Assembly: GCF_001194135.2 (NCBI RefSeq)
Contig: NC_068989.1
Span: forward strand, 22,116,431 to 22,151,176
Source: Octopus bimaculoides
Taxonomy: Eukaryota
Direction: 5' to 3'
DNA: 34,746 nt
Positions 11,401-22,900 of this stretch are shown here, one piece after another. A program made the position numbers and the translations under genes. The notes beneath the pieces are model-generated. The model was not told the DNA's origin. It worked only from the letters and a program-made list of their open reading frames with translations, and searched no databases. Within the stretch, counting starts at the first letter, position 1, and every line of letters starts with the position of its first letter.

Positions 11401-14400
11401 ACTCTCACCTCTTTCCATTCACTCAAACTACAAACAGCCTAGATAAATTTAAACTGAGAATTGGAAAGGAATGGCAACATTTCAATGGGCCTTTTTTTGT
11501 TTTACAAAAATCATACAGGTCATGAAACCTGGACATGTTTTTGCAATGGGAAAGCAAAGAACACTTATATGAACAGAGGCCTTTGTTTTCAAACAAAGAT
11601 ACATGAGGATGAAAAAATATACTAATTCATCCACAAACAACTTTGCACACATACATGTGTGTGTGAGTGTGTATGTGTGTGAATGTGTATGTATGTGAGT
11701 GAATGTGCATAGTGCATATATGGGAGTGTGTATATGCATGTATTTGTGAGTATGTATATGTGTGAGTCTGTGTGTGTGTGTATATATGCATGCATGTGTG
11801 TAAGTGTGTGTTATTTATTATAGTCATTTGACTGTGGCCATGCAGGATTAGGTGATGAGAAAATGTACTTCAAAACATTTCTTTTTTGCTTTGTTTTTGT
11901 TAAACGACTAAGTGGAACAAACAAGAATCCCTTGAGCCATTATACTATTGTTCACATCCTCTTAAAATCATGTCCTATTGGGTGAAATGAACTATCCAAC
12001 ACCAGTATATGCACAGCGTGCACATACATACTCTAAAACAGCAGCCTTAACATTAATATTACAAATGAGTTATGAAATCTTGTTCTAATTGAAATATGAA
12101 ACCTACAAAATATAATATAAATATAAATTGTGACTTAATTAATGAATACAGAGGGTGGAATTATGGTTGTTGATCAACCCTAATTTCATCATCATCATTT
12201 AACATCCATTTTCCATGCTGGTGTGGGTTTGGACAGTTTGACTGAAAACTGATAAGCTAGGGAGCTGCACCAGGTTTCAATCTGATTTGGCATGGTTTCT
12301 ACAGCTGGATGCCCTTCCTAACACCAACCACGCAAGAGTGTAATGGGTGCTTTTTATGTGCCAATTACAAAACACCGGCCAACAGCTACAACTGCGATCT
12401 CACTTGGCTTGACAGGTCTTCTCAAGCATTGTATATCGCCGAAGGTCTTGGTCACATGCCACTGCCTCTGTGAGGCCCAAAGTTCAAAGGGAGCTTTTTA
12501 ATTGCCACTAGCATGGGTGCCAGATATGTGACACTGAATAAGCTACGATTGATTTCACTTNNNNNNNNNNNNNNNNNNNNNNNNNNNNNNNNNNNNNNNN
12601 NNNNNNNNNNNNNNNNNNNNNNNNNNNNNNNNNNNNNNNNNNNNNNNNNNNNNNNNNNNNNNNNNNNNNNNNNNNNNNNNNNNNNNNNNNNNNNNNNNNN
12701 NNNNNNNNNNNNNNNNNNNNNNNNNNNNNNNNNNNNNNNNNNNNNNNNNNNNNNNNNNNNNNNNNNNNNNNNNNNNNNNNNNNNNNNNNNNNNNNNNNNN
12801 NNNNNNNNNNNNNNNNNNNNNNNNNNNNNNNNNNNNNNNNNNNNNNNNNNNNNNNNNNNNNNNNNNNNNNNNNNNNNNNNNNNNNNNNNNNNNNNNNNNN
12901 NNNNNNNNNNNNNNNNNNNNNNNNNNNNNNNNNNNNNNNNNNNNNNNNNNNNNNNNNNNNNNNNNNNNNNNNNNNNNNNNNNNNNNNNNNNNNNNNNNNN
13001 NNNNNNNNNNNNNNNNNNNNNNNNNNNNNNNNNNNNNNNNNNNNNNNNNNNNNNNNNNNNNNNNNNNNNNNNNNNNNNNNNNNNNNNNNNNNNNNNNNNN
13101 NNNNNNNNNNNNNNNNNNNNNNNNNNNNNNNNNNNNNNNNNNNNNNNNNNNCATCAATTTCAAAACTACACAATCATGAAGTTTAGAGAAAATAAAGAAT
13201 AAAGGAGTGATTTACTTTTAGCAGGTTGAGGACCATGGGGCCTAATTGCTGAAGTTTTCTTCCCATTGGTCTTCAAACTCATAAAAGCAGCTCTGCCTTC
13301 AGCCTCAATAGTATCCACAGAGTCCTTATCAGTCAGGGAAGCCGTTTTCATCATGCCAATAAATGTACGACTTTGAAATTCACTGAAATACAATACAATA
13401 CAAAGATAAAATGAGAAAATATGTAGTTTTGGGATACAAAACTGCTTGAGCAGAGGAGTGTGAGAGGGAGGGGTGCATTGGTGGATAGGTAGAAACTAAA
13501 AAACTTGGATCTCAACCATATGGTCTCAGGTTCAGTCCTACTGCATGGTACCTTGGGCAAATGTCTTCAATTTTAACCACTGGCTGACCAAAGATTCAAG
13601 AGCAGATTTGGAAGACAAAAACTGAAAGAAGTGTCATATGTGTGTGTTCCTCTCTGTCCTAGTCCTGACATTGCGTGTCAGCTGTAAACAAGTCTCTGGC
13701 ATACAAAGGGTCTCATTTCTTTCCAATCTTCACTGAAAGCATGTCTGCCCATTGGGAAATATTACCTTGCTTGGAAAAAAAGTGAAGGTTGGTGACAGGA
13801 TAGGCATCCAACCATAGAAAGACAACCACAATGAACTCCATCTGACTCATGCATAATCATCATCATTGGTCAACATCTGTTTTCCATGCTGGCATGGTTG
13901 GACGGTTTGACAGCTGTTTTACTTTCATTTCTTTGGCTGGATACACTTTGTAATGCCAACCGCTATACAGAGTGTGCTGGATACTTTTTACATGCTACCA
14001 GCACAGGTGCACGCATGGAAAAGTGGATGTTAAAACAAAGATGGGGACTCAAGAACAGAAACCATTCCTCAGATAAGCTTCCATAGACACATTCTACTTA
14101 CAGATTTTTTAGTCAACCGAAGGCTATAGGAGGAGACAATTGCCCAAGATGCTGTATAGTGAGATCAAATATGAAACCATCCAGATGCTAAACAAACTTC
14201 TTGATCATAAAACCATGCCTAGTTTTAAACAATGACCCAGTTGGCAAGCACTAAAGAGTTTGTCTTAACCTATCTAAATCGAAAGAGTCCACTGATCAAC
14301 TGCAATGTTTCTGCTCAATTTTTCAAACTATTTTAAAGAGTGCATTAGGTGTTATTTTCATGGCATCTCTGCAATGTTTTAACTCAATTCACCAAACCAT

Positions 14401-17182
14401 TTAACAGAGTGTACTAGGCACCTGAGAGAGATTCACTGCTTTCATTTCAATAAATTTTGAAAATAATGAAGAATTTATAAAAATAACTCATTAACATAAT
14501 TTACATTTGACGGATATTTGTCCTCATCTTGTTTGTTGTTAACACAACATTTCGGCTGATATACCCTCCAGCCTTCATCAGGTGTCTTGGGGAAATTTCG
14601 AACCTGGGTTCTAATTCCGAAATACAGAACTGTATTAACTCATTATAAAACTGATGTAAGGCAGCAAACTGGCAAAATAGTGCACTGGTCAAAATGCTTA
14701 GTAGCATTTCGTCCATCTTCACATTCTGAGTTCAAATCCTGCTGAGGTAGACTTTACCTTTCATTCCTTGAGGGTCAATAAAATAAGTTCCAGTAAAATA
14801 CTGAGGTCAATGTAACCAACTTACCCTTCCTCTAAAATTGCTGGCACCGTGCCAAAATTTGAAACCATTATAAGAGTGATATTTGGAACAAATTAGCATG
14901 AAATTTTTATGGCAGTTTTTAATTTACACTACCTTAAAACAGGAAGTTTGCATCTTAAAACCAGAGGAAGTCTCAGGTAAGTTGATATCAAAAGTGCTCA
15001 GTGAATTGTTAAGATGTTAAAACATGATGGGAGGAATAGGTTTATTCTTGTGAAAGAGTGCTAGGTGAGACAAACAGACAATTAGAGAAGGGAGCAATAG
15101 AAGGAAAAAAGGAAGTTTAATGTCAAGGGTTTAAGAGAAAGAATCAGAATGATAAGGACAATGGGATGGGTTGAGTAGAAGGCAATTCAGGGCAACCCTA
15201 TGTTACATGTTAGTAGACAAGAGTGCTCCAAGAAACACCTTTAATACTTACTAGTGTCGTCTTTGTAAGTAATTGAAGGGCTCTGCTTTCATTCTTACAC
15301 CTTCACTGAAGATGGCATCTGCTTTTTTGCTATTTCCTAGGAGTTCATACGCACTGGCCCAGGATTCATAAAACATTGCATTCTGAGAACCAATCCCTTT
15401 ACCAAACATATGTTCATACAACAATATTGGATTGTCATATAGATTGGCCTTTCAAAAAAAAAAAAGAAGAAAAATATTTTTATTGGAAAATTATTAACTC
15501 TTGGAAAAAATTAACTTTTTAATTATCATTTATTTTTGACATTTCATTTAAAAGTTACTAAGTTCTTCAGGGTGCTTAAATTTTACCAGTTTTAGTTTAA
15601 GACTGTGGCCATACTGGGCAACACCTTCATTTCTTTCAATTTAAATGACTTCAAAAGTTTATCAGAGACATATACATGCAATTATGCTGCAGAAATTTTG
15701 TACTCTTAAATAACTTGGTTCTAACGTGAAACCCTATTTTATCACTGAATCTCTTCTATCATGGAAGTCATTAACCCATTAGCATTTAAACCAGCCATAT
15801 CTGGCCCAAATATTCTGCCTGTTTTATACTAAAACTGACTAGATCAGGCCTCTCACACCCACTCTGCAATGTCATTCTAAAAATAATTATATCAACGAAA
15901 TATCAAAGCTACAAGATACTACAGGAGTAATTTTAGAAAATGTGAATAAATATTACATTTGACAGAATAATCTGTATACTAAAGGGTTTAGCTGGCCATA
16001 TCCAGCCAATTCTGTCTATTTTATGATCAAACTGGCCAGATCCAGCCTCTCACACAAGCCCTACAGTATCATTCAAAAAATTAACAGTTCCCTCATCAAA
16101 ATCTCAAAGCTACAAGATAATGCATGATTAATTCAAAACAATGTGAATAAATAAGCTATATTTTTGACAAAATGTGAATGCTAAAGGGTTAAACACTGAA
16201 TTCAACAGGAAAATATGTTTAACTTTTGGAACTCAATGTTATAGCAAGATTTTCTTGAATGCAATCTTTCACAAATACAGAGAATATTTGTGTTAATTCT
16301 ATTGACCTCAGAGAAGGATAAAGGTGAAAGATAACTATTACGATAAAGGGGAGATAACCAATACGAAACAAAATATAATTTTGTTTAATGCTATTTAATT
16401 TACTTACAAATTTCACCCAGATTTCAACATATCTTGGATCATTCTTGTATCTGTCCACTTCAGAAAATGTTAACAAGCAGCTTCTGAGCAGAGAGGGAAG
16501 ATCCTTCCCACCTTGTGGGTTGGTTTCTTCCATCCATGTGATATACCTAAAAAGAACAGAATTAGTCAACATGTTTCCAACATTAAAAAGTCATAGCAAA
16601 CAATTAATATACAATATTACAATAATCCATACATTCTATTCTATAATACAGTAATAAATATATCAATCTAAAGTATGTGTGGTGCATAAGAAATGAAAGT
16701 AATTACAAACCACTTCAACAGTTTTATTCGTCTTTTCATTTTTATATACATCCACACATCCACACAACATATATCCATGTATATATATATATATATATAT
16801 ATATATCATTTATCTTTTACTTGTTTCAGTTAGTAGTTTTAGCTGACTGGGTTAACCCCAGTACTTAACTTTTTTTAAGCTTGATACTTATTTTATCAGT
16901 CTCTTTTGGCAAACCACTAAGTTACAGGGACATAAACACACTAACCCAATTTGTCAAGCAGTGGTGATGGACAAACAGACACAATGATACACACACATCA
17001 GGCTTCTTTTAGTTTCTGCCTACTAAATCCACTCACAAGACTTTGGTTGGCCCAAGGCTTTGGTAGAAGACACTTGCTCAAGGTGTCACGCAGTGGGACT
17101 GAACCTGGAACCATGTGGTTGGAAAGCAAACTTCATACCACACAGCATGCCTGTGCTTAAATACATACATATNNNNNNNNNN

Positions 17183-17221
<39 letters not shown>

Positions 17222-19858
17222 GAGTCATATCCCTATGTATATTATTATCACTGAAATATCTGTCCTACATTTCTGTACTATTATGTAAATGAGTTGTACC
17301 TAGCACAATTTTGGGATCTTTTTTAAAACGGGGGCCACATTTTTCATTAACGAAACACTTTGAAACTTGGAACACTGGTAGAATGTGTCATATAAAACAG
17401 CTTTTTCTCTTAGTCTTCTTTAAAAAAAAAGAAATCCATAAGTTATTCCATGTTAAAGTTGTCGTATTTCTGTAATTTCAACCAATCACTGACGTCCATT
17501 CAGCCGATATACATTAAGTGCCGACTACATAAACAAACGATTCTGAAACAATTAACCCTAACTCTAGGGTTAGGGTTAGGGTTAGAACAAAATTTAAAAT
17601 GAAAAAAGCAAATAAAACGAAGGTATGGAGATTAAATACGCTTTACACCGCTTAATCAGCCAAAGGAGTAAATGTAAACAATTGAATACTTGTCAGTGAT
17701 TGGTTGAAATTATCGAAATAAGACAATTTTTTACATGAAATAAATTCGAATACAAAAATATTTTTCTGTTCTATAACACAAAATAGATAAGTATTCGAAG
17801 TTTGAAAGTCTTTCCGTACCAAAAACACTACGTAAAACATTAATGAAAAATGTGGCCCCCGTTTTAAAATAGATCCCAATTTTGTTTACGTTTTGTAAGT
17901 AACTCTTTGATACTAATATTTGATAGCTTGTGAGAGAAGCAAGTGAATCTTGGTGACCCAAAACAAGAGTAAAACTAGTCAACACAATCTTCATTCCAAG
18001 CAGCTTCACCAAAACATTGTAGTAAACCACAATGCCAAATTTAGTAATGACATTAAATATGTATGAGTGATAATGTGTGATCATCATCAGCATTATTTTA
18101 TGCCTGCTTTCGATACTGGTATGGATTGAGTGATTCAACAGAATCTGTCAATTTGGAGGACTATACTATGCACCAATGTTTCTGTGGCTCAATGCCTTCC
18201 CTAATACCACTGTAGAGAGTTACTGAATGTTTTCTTTTTCAAGGCAAAAGTGTGTTTGCATTGTAACTTGCAAGAATAAAGAGAGTCAAATGGAGCTCCC
18301 TGCAACTGAAAAGGAAGAGAGAGAGAGAGAGAGAGAGAGGTGATTTAGAGCAAGGTGGTGTGAGAGTAGAGCATGATGAGATGAACACTTGACTGTTGTG
18401 AGAGAGAGAATGTGGAAGGGACAGAGGAAAAGATTAATGTCAGGGATTACAAATTAAATTTATATAAAAACACACAAACATATGTATACAGAGACATTCA
18501 CATACACAGAGAGAAGATATTGAACTAAGAATATCATCATAATTCAATATCCATTTTCCATGATGGTATGGGTTTGGATAGTACAATACGGGCTGGTAAC
18601 CTGAAGGACTGCACCAAGCCAGATATCCTTCTAACGCCAGCAATTTTAGACAGTGTAGTGAATGCATTTTACATAGTACTGGCACTAGTGGGGTTAACCA
18701 AGTAACTTTGCAAGACAAGACACCTCGCCTGAAGTAAGGGAGCAGTAATGAGTGAAGTGGCTTAATGCCAAGTGACAAGATGTTTAAAATATGCCAGGGG
18801 AACAGGAACGGGTGTCAAGCTGTAGGGGAGACATTGGTAACTCTAGTTGGAAGAGAAGGAGAATAACAAAAAAATATACAAACCTGAACCAAATATCTAA
18901 GGGGTCATTACCCTGGTATGTTCTTAATTCTTCTTCAAATTGCCTGTAAAGACACACACAGAAAAGTTTCAATATGTTTGCTAATATTCAGGCTCAGAGA
19001 GACTTAATATCAGCATAACTCAATGGAAGTATCATTACATCGAATAATGCTAACAATACTGCATCATGAAGTTTTTTTTCCTCCCCAGCAGCAATATTTT
19101 TGGTATCACAGTTACCATATACCCTAAACTACACTTATTTGTACAATACAGCAAAAGTTACCTTTTACTTTCTGTTGAAATGAAATATTTCTGTATAACA
19201 TTATCAAAATAATAGAAGTTGTGACAAGTAAAAACGAAGTTTTTCTTTGTGATAGCATGTCTTTTTCTAAAACTCATCTATGAAGAAAGGATGTCATCTA
19301 TTCTTTACTAGGTAAACTCAGTCAAATGAAAGAATCTACATTTACAAATACAAGCATCGTCGGTTCTGGGTGTAATCGTAGAATAGAGTCAGTAATTATC
19401 TAGTGCTACAAAAACTGTAATTTCCTTGGATGTATACTTTTTAAGCATTGGAGGTTTTACATGTGAACAAAAGAAGTTAAAAAAAAAAAGAGATGTGGGA
19501 TTTTTATGCTCCTGGTTTTCGTAAATTTTAAACTTCTGCTATCCCGCCTTATGACATCGTTCATGCGTTTGTACTGGGTTTTAGCTTTAGGGTTTTAGAT
19601 TTTAGGGCAGGATTTTTCTCATGATAGAGTTGGAGGGACCAAGAGGATTGAAAAGGGTGCACACCAATTGTCACTTTTTATCTTTTGTTTGTTTCAGTCA
19701 TTGGACAGCTGCCATACAGGGACACTGCCTTGAACAACTTCAAACAAATCAATCCCAGTACTTGTTCTAACGGTCTCTTTCGCCAAACTTGTAAATTATA
19801 TGGATGTGTAGTCAAAGAAACATGGATTTTCAAGTGATGGTGAGAGACAGACACATAC

Positions 19859-19921
<63 letters not shown>

Positions 19922-22900
19922 TGTGTATTTCTTCTATCTTAATGAATAAAAATTCTTCTGATAGAATAAATGGGTTAATAGAAACCAATGTAGCAAAGAA
20001 CACAAAATAACTGTGGTTTAGTTCCTGTTTTTAAGGCAGGAACTCCTTGAAATTTTGGGTATTTGAGTATATTTAAGAATTTAAGGAATGGAGAAAACGC
20101 ATGTTAAAATTGCATACTTTATTCCTACACATGTTTCAAAGGATTACAACCTGTGTGATCCATAGGGATCTTTGATATTAAAATTGTAACCTTCTCATCA
20201 GGGAAAGCATGGGAATCATCTTAAACGTAAGACATTATGACCAATTATGAAAACAATAGATGGATAAGGTTATGACTTGATTCATTTGAAAAAAAAAAGT
20301 ATGTAATTTTAACATGCTTTTTCTCCATTCCTTAAATTCTTACATATATATATATATCATCATCATCATCTTTTAACGTCCGCTTTCCATGCTAGCATGG
20401 GTTGGACGATTTGACTGAGTACTGGTGAAACCGGATGGCAACACTGGCCTCCAATCTGATTTGGCAGAGTTTGATTGGAGGCTGGTGTTGCCATCCAGTT
20501 GTTCTATATATATATATATATATATATATCCAACAGTCTTCTGTCGGTTATCTTTCACCAAATCCACTCATAAGGCTTTGGTCAACTGTATAAGATACTC
20601 CCAACAAGGAGCCATGCAGTGAGACTGAACCTGAAACCATGTGGTTGGGAAGCAAACATCATAGCATTAATTAACTTCCATTAAATGCATCATTTAATAA
20701 AATTGCAATGGTTTTCAACTTTTTAAACATGTCCAACATCATGAGAAAGACTGCCAAATCTTCGTTAATGAGAATGGGCAGGCAAAAAAATTTACAGATA
20801 TGTTTTTAGCGAGGGTAAGGATCAGATGTTTCTTAGTTTCAAAATCACTTACATATATTGTCAGAAATACCAACCAAATCTACCTCAGATAACATATCTT
20901 ACTCCCAGGGATATTTTCGAGAATTTAGTTCAAGATAACCCTAAAAAAATGCAGGACAGTCACAGGTTAGAGAATTTTCCTGACCACCAGTTGCTACTGT
21001 TTATCCCAAGTTGATCCTGATTGATTTAATTTCACCTATAATCAAAGGTAACCCAGCTATGATAACATCCTTTTGTCTATGAATAATGTACCTCAGACTG
21101 TGTTATCCAGTGTGTCCATCGTAAAGACAGTAGGGAATGAAGGAAACTTAGATGCTATTTCTAGCAGGTCGAGCAACTACATCAAGGTATTCTTATTGGT
21201 TTGAACTGACAACCATATGATTCCATAGAGTTAAATATACCAGAGATATGCTTTCCTATGTCTCATACTTCTGGTTTCTTATCACTGACCTTCACTGAAA
21301 GCAATATATTACACTTAACATCAGCAAAAACTTTGACCCACAGCCTGGCATGATAACATACCAGAAAACTAATCTTCAGACTATTTGTATTGATTTATGA
21401 GTTAGCTATAAATAGACGTTTGCTAAAATTAATCAATTTAGTCAAGCTTCTAGAACCTTCAGTAGAGCTATTTGTTTGGAAAATTCACAAAACTTGAATC
21501 TATTATTTATTTAATTAGACAGCAATTAATCAATTTTTCGATGTTTACTTTTTCAGTCTCAACACCAAGCATACTGTTAAGTGTGGTGGCATGATTTTCA
21601 GGAGTATTCAAAAGGCATGGCAGCCAGAATAAGAACGGCTTTAAAAAAAGTTCAGGAATTTATTAGCTCTGCTGGTAACAAGGGTTATTGCAGTGAGGCT
21701 ATTGCTGAGGTTTGAAGCATCTCATTCAGATTTTCCAGTTCATGACCGCAGCAGCCTTACTATATATTACTAGAAAAAAAGCAAGGCCAGCTACACGAAA
21801 TTAACTACTGTATTGCCATAAAAGGAATTAACACCTACATGGACATGATTAGACCAGCAAATCAGTTGGTGTGTAATTAAATAAACAGTAGACTCAAGTT
21901 TTGTGAATTCTCCTGCCAAATAATTCTACTAAAGGTTCTAGAAGCTTGACTAAATGTTATAAAAAAACTGGGATACTGAATTCACAAGCAGAACCTTAGG
22001 TGCAACACAGAACTGTCAATCAGTTTTGTGATAAGATATTCTCACTCTTTCTGTTTTAATAACCAATATTTTTATATAAATGACTAAAATATTTTATGCA
22101 ATGAGGACTTTTAACTATCACATCCACTGCCATGTGCACCGTTTTATTCAAATAATTGTTATGCACATCTAAGTGCAAATGTTCCAGGTAATTGAAAAAA
22201 AAATGGAAACTTATCTCACCTTCACATGTAGCCTACCTAAAAGTGTGTATTGCCAATGACGATTTAATGACGAAACCCACTAAAACATGATGCTTGTATA
22301 TAAGTTGCAAAACTGCATAGTAGTGAGACGTGAGTCTTGAAACAAATGAAGCAAGTACGCTCACTGGGTGGATTATGTAAATATCGTGTCGAGCGTGAAA
22401 CTTCACAATATATGATAACCATTCATTAACTGTACCACAGGTTATTTATCCCATGTAATATTGATAATTAAAATTGATTATCCCATATAATATTGATTAA
22501 TGTAAATTAGGAATGCCCAATTGGCAGATAAAATAGCCATAACGAAAGGATGCCCAATTTTCTTTTACTTTCATTCATTCCATTTCCTTTCATCGTGTAC
22601 ATAAAACGAAGAGATTCTGGTAATTCTTCAGATTAACACCCGCACGATTACCTAACCCTAACACTAATCCTAAAACCCTAACCCTAATCCTAACCCCCTA
22701 GTGAAAATCGTTCGGGTGTTAATCTGAAAAATTACCGAGATTCTTTCGGCATTTCTGAATCTACTCAGTATACGGGTTTGAAAAATACAGGATTTTTCTC
22801 CTGTAGATTAAAAAGTATAACATAGCGGCATTATAATAGTGGTTAAGAGATTTAAACCACAAACCGTTATATTCTTGATCGTAGAACATAATTACTCAAG

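Noticed and set aside
10995-11525. 176-aa plus-strand ORF
   Set aside because: Mostly the antisense of MadBub exon 6 plus adjacent degenerate repeat; no recognisable protein or splice support.
17553-17585. Head-to-head telomeric repeats as a chromosome end-fusion scar
   Set aside because: The tract is the centre of symmetry of a TIR element with a target-site duplication and has relatives nearby, so it is transposon-borne.
22820-22890. tRNA-like sequence (TAGTGGTTAAGA A-box)
   Set aside because: No cloverleaf or proper T-arm; a degenerate SINE head. No real tRNA gene was found in the window.
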